Shown here: one piece after another, positions 52,118 through 64,000 of the stretch
Layout of the letters: every line of letters starts with the position of its first letter
How positions within the stretch are numbered: the first letter of the stretch is position 1
Source: Vicugna vicugna
Lineage: Eukaryota
Length of the DNA stretch: 64,000 nt
Direction: 5' to 3'
NCBI GenBank assembly: GCA_013265495.1
Contig: MU058781.1
Coordinates: 5,085,050 to 5,149,049, forward strand
Translations under genes and position numbers: made by a program
The notes under the pieces: model-generated
Database searches by the model: none
What the model saw: the letters and a program-made list of their open reading frames with translations, nothing else
What the model was told of the DNA's origin: nothing

Positions 52118-54044
52118 CTGCAACGCAGAAGAGGGAGGCAAGGGTAAAGCCAGACTGTAGGCACAAAGAGATTATAGTCAGCGTGATGAGAGCCAGTCAA
52201 TGTTATCTTTAAAAGCCCTTCTCCTGAGTACAGAGAGGCTGAAGTTGTTTTCTTTCTTAGAAAAGAACCACCTTAATATTCAGTGCAGAAAACCTCAAAT
52301 TACTGCTTGTATCACAAAGTGCGTCTTAACCCAGAAAAGAGAAAGTTCAGCAATGACCTTAGAAGTCACTTCTAAGGGTACCCTATATTTAAGTAAACCA
52401 TGTATTTGAAAATCCAAAAAATAAAACAAAAAACTGCCAATAACAACCAAAGAGAAAACAAAAACAAACCCAAAACATAATGAACGGGTAATTATTTGCT
52501 TTACAAAAGGATTTCTTTTAAAAGAAAAGTTCCCGAATGCATGTAGAATATATTATGATTCAATTTACATTTAAACAGGGACACTTACTGCATAATGTAA
52601 GGTAAATGGTACTTGCATATGAAGGGAATATTGAGGCAACTGATAAACCCAAGAAAAAGGAGAAAAGGGTTTATACTAACAAAGAAGAAATTCAGATGTG
52701 AAAGGTTCCTAATAGCAGGGTTATGAGATGCTAGACTAGCCTAAAATCAGACTGTAAGGAAAATGACAGACATCAGTTTCTCCTAGACAATTTTGTTTTG
52801 GTCTCAACATGGTAAGGAATGAAAGGGCCCAGAACAAGATTTAGAAGGAGCAAGGAGAGGTCATCTTCTGAAAGCATCACCAATGACAGGCAAGAATCGT
52901 GAAAGATGCCTACATTCTGTCCAATAAGTATAGACTGCAAAATCCATCATACAGCAGAAGAAAATGCATTTGAATTTTATATGTAAATCAGAGTTTACAG
53001 TTAAGTTACCAAAAAAGGGGGGCAATTTACACATCCCAAGATTAAGATTCTTTAAGAGTTGAAATATGAATACAATGATTTTTACTAAATCTCACTAAAG
53101 AAAGAAATTTTAGAGGAATAAAAATATCAAAGTAAGGTAGAAAATTATTTAGATGTGGTGCTGGACTGCTTTAGTTTCTACATTTTAATATATTCCAGGC
53201 ATTCACAACATTGAAATAAAAGAATTAAGCTATGACAAGGAGTTTAGCAAGCTGCCTCCTCCCCTCACTGTACCCCCACCTCCCCACTGTTACTCAGCCC
53301 GCGTGGGAGGGGTGACCACCTCACATACAAGCCTCAGCTCAGCTGGGGAGGTGACATCAAGCATTACTCCAGTTGCATTTCTCATTAATTTTGTATACTT
53401 AAAAATGTGCCAACCAGATTTATAAAGATCTTGAAGAGTATTTAAAACACACTAGGCAGCCCTAACAGAGACAGCTGTGATGCAGTAATAAGGAAACCAA
53501 GGCCTGAAACAAGGATCTGTGTCCACAGGATTCATTTACAGTACTCAACAAACTTCTACTGACTACCCACTCTTTGCCAGGCACTGGTGACCCAACGGTG
53601 AACAGAGAAAAAACAAAATCCTACCCTCTTGGTGCTTTAGTCTGGTAGTAGGTCCAACAAATACTCAGCTTCAGTTTTTAAACTCTAAGAAAAAATAACT
53701 CCTGTATCACAGAGTTGATCTGACAATACATATTTTTCCTGATACATGGTGTATTTCTTTAAAAGCTTGTTAAATCTTAACTACTCTGGTTAATTAAGTT
53801 AATACTTTTAAAAATCTGTAACAAATTCTAGATATTAACTATTTCTTACTGAAAGTTAAAGTGCAAAATACTTATATATTAAAACTTAAGTACAGAACAG
53901 TTCACATTTTTCACAAAATTAAAAATTTATATTCTGCATATAGAATACAAGAAGTATACAGAGAATATATCAGAATGCATTAAAACATCATTTTAATTTA
54001 AAAGAAGGGAAAGTTGAATGGATTCTCAGAAATCATTATCAATA

Positions 54045-54810
54045 ATTATGTAATAATACTAAAACATTTTGAGCATTTTCTATGTGCCAGGCCCCATGCT
54101 AAGCAATTTACATATATCTTATTTAAACAGAGCAACCTTGTAAACAGAGCAATATTACCACCTCCATTTTACGGATGAAGAAATTAGGTGTAATAAAGAT
54201 AAGTCAACTTCTCAAGGGCCACAGAGGACCTAGATTCAATCCCAGGGAATCTGACACTTAAGTCCATGCCCTTAATCCATATTCTAGGGTTGTGTTTTGG
54301 GGGGGCATGAAAGGAAGAAGAAAAGTGAAAAGCTAGCAAAGAAAGGGTTCTGAAAAACTGTATTTCAACTTTACTTAGTGATAATAAATGAGCTATCTCC
54401 AGAAGGCCAATTTTTCTCCTCCAAGCAAATAATTCTGAATAAACCCAAATTTAACACCAGGAAATCAAGTTTAAGTAGCAAGACAAATCTATAGTGCTTC
54501 ATTCCAAAATTCCTCCTGGTGGACACTGCGGTTAGGAGAAGGAAGAAAAAGCAGGAAACACCAATGATTTTCAAAATGGGTAATATTAGGACCTTGCTTT
54601 GTATAAAACTCAACAGTTCAGAGTTTTGGGAGCATGTTATTCCATGTGATTTCCAAACAACTTTGCTTGGTAAGCAGGGTAGGTGTGTTACACCATTTTA
54701 TATCTGAGGAAACTAAAAACAGAGACTACATTGATCTGCCCAACGTCAAAATGTATTACTGCAGAAACTAGGGGTTCCTACACCCAGTTCAGTTCACTTT
54801 CTACCACAGG
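54045..54810 (-). mobile_element. Two MIR copies (~54045-54285 and ~54620-54810)
   Basis: ctatgtgccaggccccatgctaagc...ctccattttacggatgaagaaatt and ccattttatatctgaggaaactaaaaacagaga. Confidence 0.7.
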
Positions 54811-55549
54811 CAGGAGAGATCCAAGCTGGAACTCGAGAGAGTGATGCATGTCTAATGTAACCAGCTTACAGACCAAATTGTTAAAACATGACTCTTAAGA
54901 GTTCAATTTGAAGGCACCCAAATATTTCACAATAATAGGAAGCAAAAAAATGCACTGGAAGTCTAACCTTAAAAAGGTACCCTTGGAATCTAACCACTAA
55001 GTCATTAGTTACTACGTATTCATTTATATATTGCTAAGGGAGGGGAAAAAAAAAACCTCAGAAAGAACTTGTAAAAAAAAAAATGTAGAAAAAGCCTAGA
55101 CAGCAAAGTTACCATTGACCAAACTATTTTCTAAGATGTTGCTCTGAATTTTAAGACTACTTAGTAAGTATTAGCTTTAAAGCAGCTGAGTATAAAATAA
55201 TTTGTTAACAAGACTGAATTGTCCTTAAGTATATTTGCCCTGGCAGTCTGACACTGTGTGGTTAAAGGCCACTGAAGATACATGAGCATGGCCTGACAAA
55301 ATAAACACATGATAAAAACACTTTGCACATTAAAGATATACATTTTAGATGTTTACATATGTCTCAACAGTACGTCAGAGAGCTTTAAAATAAAATTTCC
55401 ATTTTTAAAGCTGAGGACTATATTTCTGGAAATCAATAGAGGCATTTTTGATCAGATACGGGTTTTAAAATAACCAAGTACTCAACTATGAAAAAATTTA
55501 AGGCCCCCTAAATAGCATAAATTCAACAACAGATCTTACAGGAAACTCT

Positions 55550-56640
55550 TTCTCCTATATATTTTATTATGAAACACTCCTTACAATCAAAGCAGTAAGT
55601 TTTGTTAAAGCTCCTCTACGGGATATAGTCTTCATCGAACACTGTGGGACTCATTCACGCTGATACAGTGCAGCAGTTCACTAATTGTCACTGCTGTACA
55701 ATATCTGATTTCATGAATAATAATTTACTCTATAGCTGGACTTTGGGACTGTCTCAAGTTTCACTAAAATCCTCTAGTATTCTCATACAAAACTCCTGGT
55801 GCATATACACAATTTTCACAAATTAGTTACTGACATGTCAAAGACATTGAGCTCGTCACCTCCCAGAGTAGTTCCACAGGGCTTGGAGTAACTAGACCTC
55901 CCCTAGCCACCTCGGACTTCAAGTACTCTCAGCTACTTGTCACACAGCGAATGGATGACACCACGTCAATGTTATCCAAGGAACTCTATGTCATACCAAC
56001 ATTACCAGGAGAAAGCTAAGGATGCAGTGCTCTGGAAGCACCCCTAGGGGTGGAACCACTGCTTGAAAGGCATGTGCAACTTCAACCCCTATTTTATGCC
56101 AACTGACTTTTTCTAACATGACTGTGTCCATCGATGTGAACTCCCTAGTTCTACTTGTTCCTCATCATCTGTGACGACAGGAAGACTGTCATCTATGAAT
56201 AATGACCGTCTGCACAGAAAATTCAAGGCTTCTTAAGTTTTTCATAATTTAATGAGTGTAAATTTGAGACTTTAATTTGTATTTCCTTGAATACTAATCG
56301 AGTGAGGACACGTTTCCACGTTCACTGGCCACTCATGTTTTTTCTTTCGGTATTAACGCCTGGTCATACCTTTTGCTCTCTTTTTATTAGGTAATTGTTC
56401 CCTTTTAATGGTTTGTAGAGGTTTTCCATATTTTTTTTGAACACTTGTCCTTTGTTTCATGACTTGCTTAACTTTTTCATAGTGTTGTTTGATGAACAGA
56501 AGCTTTGATAAAAAGATCAATATTTTAATTTGTTGCTGGTGATTATGCCTTATTTAAGAAATCTTTCCCTACCCTGAGCTCTTAAAGATTTTCTACTATT
56601 TTCTGAAAGATGTATAGCTTTTCCTTTCACATTTAACTCT
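55550..56640 (-). mobile_element. Very old L1 (L1ME-like) 3' fragment
   Basis: Reverse L1 motifs (ttaatttgtatttccttgaatactaat...cactggccactcatg; tttgatgaacagaagcttt). Boundaries approximate. Confidence 0.6.
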
Positions 56641-58536
56641 GATGGAGCCAAAATTTGAACCAAGATCTTTAGCTACTTTTATTTAATGTTATATTGGAGG
56701 TTCTACCCACTATAAAAAGCCATGAAGAAATGAAAGATTGGTAAGTTTTTTCCCTTCCCTTCCATCTACACAAAACAACTCCTATCCCTGAATACAAATT
56801 ATTAGAATAAGAGCTTTTAGCAAGATGACTGAATATGGGATAAATATACTACAAGTCAGATCCTGCAGGTTTGGGTAGATATCAGGACAAAAGTTATCTT
56901 CTATTAAAAACTTGCTAAAATGTTTTACTCTGAGTAATTTTATTGAATGTATTTTCTGCATCTAATGATCATTTATTTTTCATTTGTTAATGTGGTCAAC
57001 AGCATTTAAAAGATTTTCTAATGTGAAAACAACCTTTCTGATCTTGGGATAAACCTGGTGTATTTTGTTTTTTATGAATGGGTGGACTTCGTTTGCCAAC
57101 ACAGCCATCGACTGCAGAATGTCTCCCAGGTAAAATGCCTTTTGTTTATTATCCAGCATTCACAGACAAACACATATACAAAGTTCTGGCTAATATTTAT
57201 ATAAGAAAATTTTATATTTAAGCTTGATATACATTTTAAAACAATGTGCGAGAAGATCCTCAAATTAAATTTCAAATAAAATTGCTAGAATATCAGAATC
57301 ACAAGACAGTACAAGGAGCCCATGCATAAAGAAGATGAGTGCTTTTTTGTTAATTTGGGGAGGGGCATGGGGGATCAATCTGTGGGAATCTTGAGAGCCC
57401 TAGGTTTACAAGCTTCATTCTTGCAGAACCTGTGTTTGTTTCTGTTGGGTGACAAAAAAACATAGTCACTTGTGGCCCCTTCATTTAAGTTAGTGGTTCC
57501 TTGATCTTGCAGGAAGTGTAAATTAGAGCCCCACGCTCATGTGAGGCCAAGACCACGGAAACAAATCCGAAAAGGATACTAGGTATGTTCCAAGTTGTCA
57601 TAAAGACAGGTTTCCTCCTTGCCTCCTTTTGCCAACAGGTAGCTTTTCTTTGTATTTTTTTTTTTTTTTTAGCTCCCTAGCTTAACCTTTCAGAGAGATG
57701 TAGCCACTTCAAATATCCAAGAGCTTTATGCAGGAATCACAGACTGAGGCTCAGGTCCCCATAGACAAAGTCTCAAAATCCCCACAGACATAAACCTCTA
57801 AAGCTTCTGTTTTAGTATTTGACCCCAGCTTCCATGTTGGTTTTTCTTTTTTTTTTAAACCACTCTGATTTCAGTTCCCTGTTTTTTGTTTGTTTTTTTT
57901 TCCAGCCTTCAGTCTAAATTAATTAAAATCAAAATCAAAGAAGTGGTTTTAGAAAGAAATAAAGCTTGACTGGCATCAATAGCACAGAGTATTTGATCCT
58001 GGCTTAAAAAGCTTTAAATATATGTACTAAATAATTTTAATTACAAGTTAATTTTATTCATTGTAACTCTGTGGTGCTAGAAAATAGTTTGTTCTTCTAA
58101 GTGACTTAAGCATGACTCTTGAAATTTTTATATTTATTTGCTAATACGCAAACTAATGGTTTTAGGTTGACAAAGCAAAGTTAAACTTTTGCCCAAATAA
58201 TAAGGAATTCTTAAATAGTGAGTAGAAAATTACACCTTATAATTTACATATACTACAAAAGCATCAGACTCAAATTTAAAGCATTATATGTGGATGAACC
58301 AAATGCTTACTTACGACTCTAGAATAAAAGTTATAAACTCTCTAAGCCTAATGAAACTAAACTACTTGACTGAGAAATTATAAAAATGTGCTTTAGTGTC
58401 ATAATAAATTACAAAATTCCACTGCAGATATCCTACAAAACATTAATACAATTACACATTTAATTTCTTAAAAACTAGCATTTAACACTGCAAAAAGATA
58501 TTTTTACCACAAGTTTAAGATTAGACAAGTCCTTAC

Positions 58537-58597
58537 CTCTCCAGCACTTGCACATTCCTTGGCTCTCCTATGGAGTGCAGCCCATGTATCTTCATAC
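58537..58597 (-). CDS. DTNBP1: DTNBP1 coding exon 4 (61 nt, phase 2-0): (R)YEDTWAALHRRAKECASAGE
   Basis: Minus strand reads ttgcttttcttag|GTATGAAGAT...GCTGGAGAG|gtaagg. The frame continues from exon 3. Confidence 0.95.
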
Positions 58598-58639
58598 CTA
58601 AGAAAAGCAAAACACTAACTCAAAATACAAGCCATACAT

Positions 58640-59548
58640 TAAGAAAATACTATCTAAAGAGAAACCTGGAACATCCAGTGGTGTCAGAAAGGAAAAGCTC
58701 AAAAAATAATGGGGATATGTTACAAAAACACAGAAGTCAACTTGAAGAGACGTACAATGGCCAAATCTGGGACGATTTGAGCAACAAAATAAATACTGGT
58801 AGCAACGGGTTGTCACTCAAAGAATAAAATGAATATCCATGAATTCAGTGATTTAAAGAAATAACTGAATAAATAAATGGGGGAGAAAGGAAAAACTCCT
58901 CCCTGCAGAATTCTAATTAATAATTGTAGAAAAAATTTATAAAAATAGAAAATCACCATTTGGTAAACATAATAATTATTTCAGGTAAGAACGGTAATAG
59001 ATCTTAAAATTAGTGGTGAAAGTATGAAAAGAAACAGGATATTTTCACAGTCTCAAAGTATCTCCCCACAGGATACTCATTAATTTAAAAGGGGAAACAG
59101 CATTAAGAGCCGAGAAACCTGGCAGACACTTCTTTAAACCAAGTGACCAATACTAACATCAACACTAATGAGACATATCAACCTCGTGTGCCTAAAGATA
59201 TGACGCACTGGAACTACACAACACTATTCTTCTAGCATTCTCCCATAAAGGCACTAACTTGAATTTCATCATGAGAAAATAGCAGATACACACAAATTGA
59301 GGGGCATTTTCCAAAATAACAAGCCAGCACTCTTCAATAGTGTCAAGGCCACAAAAAACAAAGAAAGCACAAGAACTGCTACCGATTAAAGGAGATGAAT
59401 GAGATATGGTGACTAAATACAACTCGTGATCCTTGACTGGACCCTGGTCCAGAAGAAAGTGCATTATCGGAACAACTGACAAAATGAGAAAAAGGTCATA
59501 GATTACATGTCAATGTTAATTTCCTCATTTTGATAATTGTACTATTGT
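58640..59548 (+). mobile_element. L1MC-type 3'UTR fragment just upstream of the exon 4 acceptor
   Basis: tggccaaatctgggacgatttgagcaacaaaataaat...gagaaacctggcagacac...atgtcaatgttaatttcctcattttgataattgtact. Confidence 0.7.
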
Positions 59549-62040
59549 ACACAATCCTCAAAATACACAAAGCAAAAACTGACAAAATTGAAAGGAGAAA
59601 CAGTTCTCCAATAACAAACTTCAGTAACCTACTCTTAATAATGCATAAATTGACCAGACAGAGGGTAAGTAAAAAGAGAACATGAACAACAGAATAAACC
59701 AACTAGATAACAGACATATACAGAACACTCTGCTCAACAACAGAATACACATTCTACTGAAGTATACAAGGGACATTCTCCAGGAGAGAACATGTGTTAG
59801 GCCACAAATGAAGTCTTGATAGATTTTTAAAGGCATATATGAGAAATCTCTGAACCTTCTGCTCAATTTTGCTGTGAACCTGAGAATGCTCTAAAAAAAA
59901 ATAAAGTCTATATTAAAAAATAAAAAGATAGCTACCATACAAAATATCTTCTCTGACCACAAAAGGTTGAAGTTAGAAATAAGTAACAGGACAAACACTG
60001 AAATATTCACAAATTTGCAGAAGTTAAACAATATGCTTTTAAACAACCAATGAGTCAAACAAGAAATCAAAAGGAAAATCAGAAAATATTGAGATGAATG
60101 AAAATAAAATTACAACATATCAAAACTATGGGTAGAAGCAAAAGCAGAGCTAAGAGGGAAATTTATAGCTATAAACGCTTATATTAAACAAAGAAAGATA
60201 TCAGCCAACCAAATATAGTAGTACATTAAAAGGATCACACACCATGATCAAGTGGGGTTTTTTCCAGGCATGCAAGGATGGTTCACCATCCACAAATCAA
60301 GTGATGTGATACACCACATTAATAAAATAAAGGATAAAAATCATATGATCATCTCAATAGATGCAGAAAGAGCATTTAACAAAATTCAACATCCATTTAT
60401 AAAAACTCTTAGCAAAGTGGGTACAGACAGAATGTACTTCAACAAATTTCATGTATGACAAACCCACAGCTAACATCATACTCAGCAGTGAAAAGCTGAA
60501 AGCTTTTCTTCTAAGATCAGGAACAAGACAAGGATGCCTAGTCTCACCACTTTTATTTAACATAATGTTGGAATTCATAGCCAGAGCAATTATGCAAGAA
60601 CAAGAAATAAAAGGCATCCAAATTAGACAGGAAGAAGGAAAACTCATTATTTGAAGGTGACATGGTAATTATACATAGAAAACCCTAAAGACTCCACCAA
60701 AATATTGTTAGAATTAATAAATGAATCCAGTATAGTTGCAGGATGTAGAATCAACATACAAACATCTCCTTCTATACCCTAGAAACAAAGTGAAATGAAC
60801 AAAATAATCCCATTTACAATTGTATCAAAAACAATGAAATCCCTAGGAATAAGTTTAACCAATGAAGTGAAAGACCTATACATTGAAAACTATAAGATTA
60901 TTAACTAAAGAAATTAGAGAAGACACAAATAAGTGGCAGGGTATCCTATGTTCATGCATTGGAAGAATTAGTATTTTTAAAATGTTCACATGCTCCAAAG
61001 TGATATCCAAAGCAATCTACAGAGTCAATGCAATCCCTATCAAAATTCCTATGGCATTTTTTTGCAGAACTGAAACTAACAATCTTAAAATTTGCATGGA
61101 ATCACAAATGATCCTGAATAGCCAAAACAATCTTAAGAAACTGGAGGCATCACACTTTCTGATTTCACACTTTATCACAAAGCTGTAATAATCAAAACAG
61201 CATGAAACTGGCATAAAAACGGACACAAGATCAATGGAACAGAATAGAGAGCCCCAAAATAAACCCACATATATAAGGTCAATTAATTTACAACAAAAGA
61301 ATCAGGAATACACAATGAGGAAAGGACAGTCTCTTCAATAAATGATGTTGGAAAAACTGGACAGCCCCATGGGAAAGAATGAAACTGACAACTACTTTAC
61401 ACCAAACTTAACTCAAAATGAGTTAAAGACCTGAATGTAAGACCTGAAACCATAAAACTCCTAGAAAAAAACAGGCAGTAAGCTCGACACTTGTCTTGGT
61501 GATGATTTTTTTTAATCTGACACCAAAAGCAAAGATACCAAAGTAAAAGTAAACGAGCGGGACTACATCAAACTAAAAAAGTTCTGCAGAGCAAAGGAAA
61601 CTATCAATAAAATGAAATAGGTAACCTACTGAATGTGAGAACATATTTGTAAATCATGTATGTAATGAGGGGTTAACACCCAAAATATGTAAAGAAATCA
61701 TGCAACTCAATAGCAAAAAACCAATCTGATTAAAAAATAGGTAGAGGCTCGTAACATTTTTCCAAAGGCATACAAATGACCAACAGGTATATGAAAAGGA
61801 ACTCAACATCACAAATCGTCTGAAAAATGCAAATCAAAACCACGATGAGATACTACCTCAGCCCTGTTAGATGGCTATTGTCAAAAAGACATCAAATAAC
61901 AAATGTTGGTGAGGATGTGGAGAAAAGGAAACCCTTGTACACTGTTGGGAATGTAAATTGGTGCAGCTACTATGGAAAACAGCATAGAGGGTCCTCAAAA
62001 AATTATACAGAGAATATAGCCAATATTTTGTAGTAACTAT
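59549..62040 (+). mobile_element. L1 ORF2 remnants: endonuclease region ~59549-60200, RT and C-terminal region ~60200-62040; disrupted
   Basis: Peptides [15 protein letters not shown]...[33 protein letters not shown]...[18 protein letters not shown] and MQIKTTMRYYL, with many frameshifts and stops. Confidence 0.92.
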
Positions 62041-62049
62041 ATACTTATT

Positions 62050-63120
62050 TTCATAACAGCTTTATTGAATTTTAATTGACATACCATAAAATTCTTGCTT
62101 CTAAAGTGCATAATTCAGTAGTTTTTAGTATATTCACAGAGTTGGGCAACTATCACCACTATCTAGTTTCAAAACATTTTTATCACCCTGAAAAGATACC
62201 CCTCTCCCATTTGCAGTCTTTACGTATCCCCTCTTCTCCCGACCTTGGCAACCATTATCTTTGTCTCTATGGATTTGCCTATTCTGGACAATTCACATAA
62301 ATGGAATCATACAATATGTGCCCCTTTTATTGGTTCCTTTCATTTAGCATGATGTTTGAAAGTTTCATCTGTAGTGTAGCACAGGTCAGTACTTCATTCC
62401 TTTTTGTGGCTGAATAATATTTCATTGAATGGAGATACCAAATTCTGGTTATCCATTCAGCAGTTGATGAATATCTGTGCTGTTTCTACTTTCAGACTCT
62501 TATGAATACTACTTTATGAATGATACTGCTATGTACATTTGTGTACAATTTTTTACATGGACATAGGTTTTCAATTCTCTTAGTGTGAAATTGCTGGGTC
62601 ACATGGTAATTCTACATTAAACTTTAAGAAACTACCAAACTGTTTTCCACAGCAGCTGTGCCACTTTATATTCCTACTAGTAAAACATTAGGGTTCTAAT
62701 TTCTCCATATCATTGCCACCACTTGTCAATATTTGTCTTTCTGATTACAGCCATCCTAGTGGGTATGAAGCAGCATCTCACTGTGGCTTTGATCTGCATC
62801 TCCCTTACGACTGATGATGTTGAGAATCTTATGTGCTTACTGGCCATTTGTCTATCTTTTTATGGAAATGTCTATTCAAATTCTTCATCTATTTCTTCAT
62901 TGGATTGTTTATCTTATTGTTCAGTTATAAAAGTTCTTTATATGTTTTAGATACATAACTTAGATGTATAATTTGCAAATATTTTTACCCATTCTGCAGA
63001 CCGTTGTTTCACTTTCTTAATGGTGTTCTTTGAAGTGCAAAAGTTTTAAATTTTGATAAAGTTCAATTTATCTTTTTATTTCTTTGTTACTTATGTTTTT
63101 GATGTCATAGCTAAGAAAAT
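62050..63120 (-). mobile_element. L1M(B-like) 3' part, sense to DTNBP1
   Basis: Starts aacagctttattga...acataccataaaattc and continues as reverse L1 ORF2 end (gccatcctagtgggtatgaagcagcatctcactgtggctttgatctgcat). Confidence 0.88.
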
Positions 63121-63484
63121 CATGTATTTTAACAGCAGAAATGAATTGGAGAAGAAATGGTATAACATTAAGTAATCAAAGTAAGAAAATTATTAAGGAC
63201 TCAAATTCAGAATCAATTTTATTGCAACAAAGAAATCATAAACAATACATGCACATGATAAAGTACCCAATAGTAAACACAACAGTGATCAATATGCTCA
63301 AAGACTGAATGGCCTTTGGATTAATCAGTGAAATGTAAAAGCCCCTGAGGGAAACAAGTAAATAATTTCCAGTCTCTACGTTAAGATAATATTTAGTTGT
63401 TTTGAGGTTTCTATCTATAAAACTACAAAATATGTTTAGACAACAGTCAGAAGCATAACCTTTCACTTAAATAAAAACACTTAC

Positions 63485-63535
63485 CTGCTAAGTAATTCTA
63501 GTCCAGCAGAGTACTTTGGCAAATATGGAATAGTT
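63485..63535 (-). CDS. DTNBP1: DTNBP1 coding exon 3 (51 nt, phase 2-2): (R)TIPYLPKYSAGLELLS(R)
   Basis: Minus strand reads tttcttttcgcag|AACTATTCC...CTTAGCAG|gtaagtg. Canonical splice sites and a dysbindin peptide match. Confidence 0.95.
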
Positions 63536-64000
63536 CTGCGAAAAGAAACACTTATTTTATTAAAACTGTTGCTGATTTAGGCCAACTTAAAAAGTTACAA
63601 TAATTTTGACACTATCAGTCATAATGTGGACTATTTTAAAATCACTAATGACAATTTATCTAAACTAGTGTTTGTATTGTTTTATTCAAAGTTAATCCAC
63701 TTGCTATACACTATCAACCATCACTTTGCCGTATAGATTTTTAGCACACAATAACACAATAGGCACTTTAATATAAAGCCAGATAACAAGAAATTATTTT
63801 AAAAGCTTTTCATCTTTAGGTTTAAAGTGAAATTTGATCATGTGCTTTACTTTATTAAAAAATGGAAAAATTGCACAAATAGTACTAGTGTTTTCATATA
63901 AAACAGATAACACAGCGAAAGAGGCTCACTTGTCAAGTATTATTTCATTATTACTTGGCTTCTCAACAATGGAGAACTTTTATTTTGCTCTTACTATACA

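Larger units (their letters stand above)
1..64000 (-). other. DTNBP1: Intragenic segment of DTNBP1 (dysbindin-1), from intron 2 to intron 7; both gene ends lie outside the window
   Basis: Five phase-compatible exons translate to (R)[133 protein letters not shown](A), recognised as the dysbindin coiled-coil region. I did not find the next exon (ELDAEH...) in 1-28467. Confidence 0.96.

Noticed and set aside
58640..60200. Apparent interleaving of L1 3' and endonuclease pieces suggesting a rearrangement
   Set aside because: The piece at ~59830-59920 is more simply a separate short L1 3'-end insertion into the endonuclease fragment. It cannot be resolved without subfamily alignment.
59549..62040. 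Reverse-transcriptase-like peptides as a novel RT system
   Set aside because: These are ordinary fragmented L1 ORF2 with frameshifts and internal deletions.
1..64000. CRISPR array, operon or prokaryotic defence system
   Set aside because: The window is eukaryotic intronic DNA with no repeat-spacer periodicity and no gene-dense ORFs.

Overview
This is mammalian genomic DNA, most likely camelid, judging by a tRNA-Ala-derived vic-1-like SINE family. The whole window lies inside DTNBP1 (dysbindin, a BLOC-1 subunit) on the minus strand. Five coding exons are recovered with canonical AG/GT borders and compatible phases: 63535-63485, 58597-58537, 52117-51985, 39259-39127 and the 23-nt microexon 28490-28468. 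They correspond to human exons 3-7 as I recall the gene structure, and splice into one open frame of 401 nt. The rest is intron filled with L1, L2, MIR, tRNA-derived SINEs, one ERV1-type solo LTR, a hAT MITE and microsatellites. Almost all ORFs in the supplied track are chance or repeat-derived. The most unusual structure is a near-perfect (~99.8%) 3.35-kb head-to-tail duplication in intron 5 with a non-templated junction. Other points of interest are inverted SINE pairs around exon 6, a recursive-splice-like AG|GTATGA start of exon 4, a 5'-inverted L1 with a 16-bp TSD, an older ~185-bp local duplication and a stepwise compound tetranucleotide repeat. I see no evidence for a novel multi-gene system. 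Repeat subfamily names and old-repeat boundaries are by-eye estimates.
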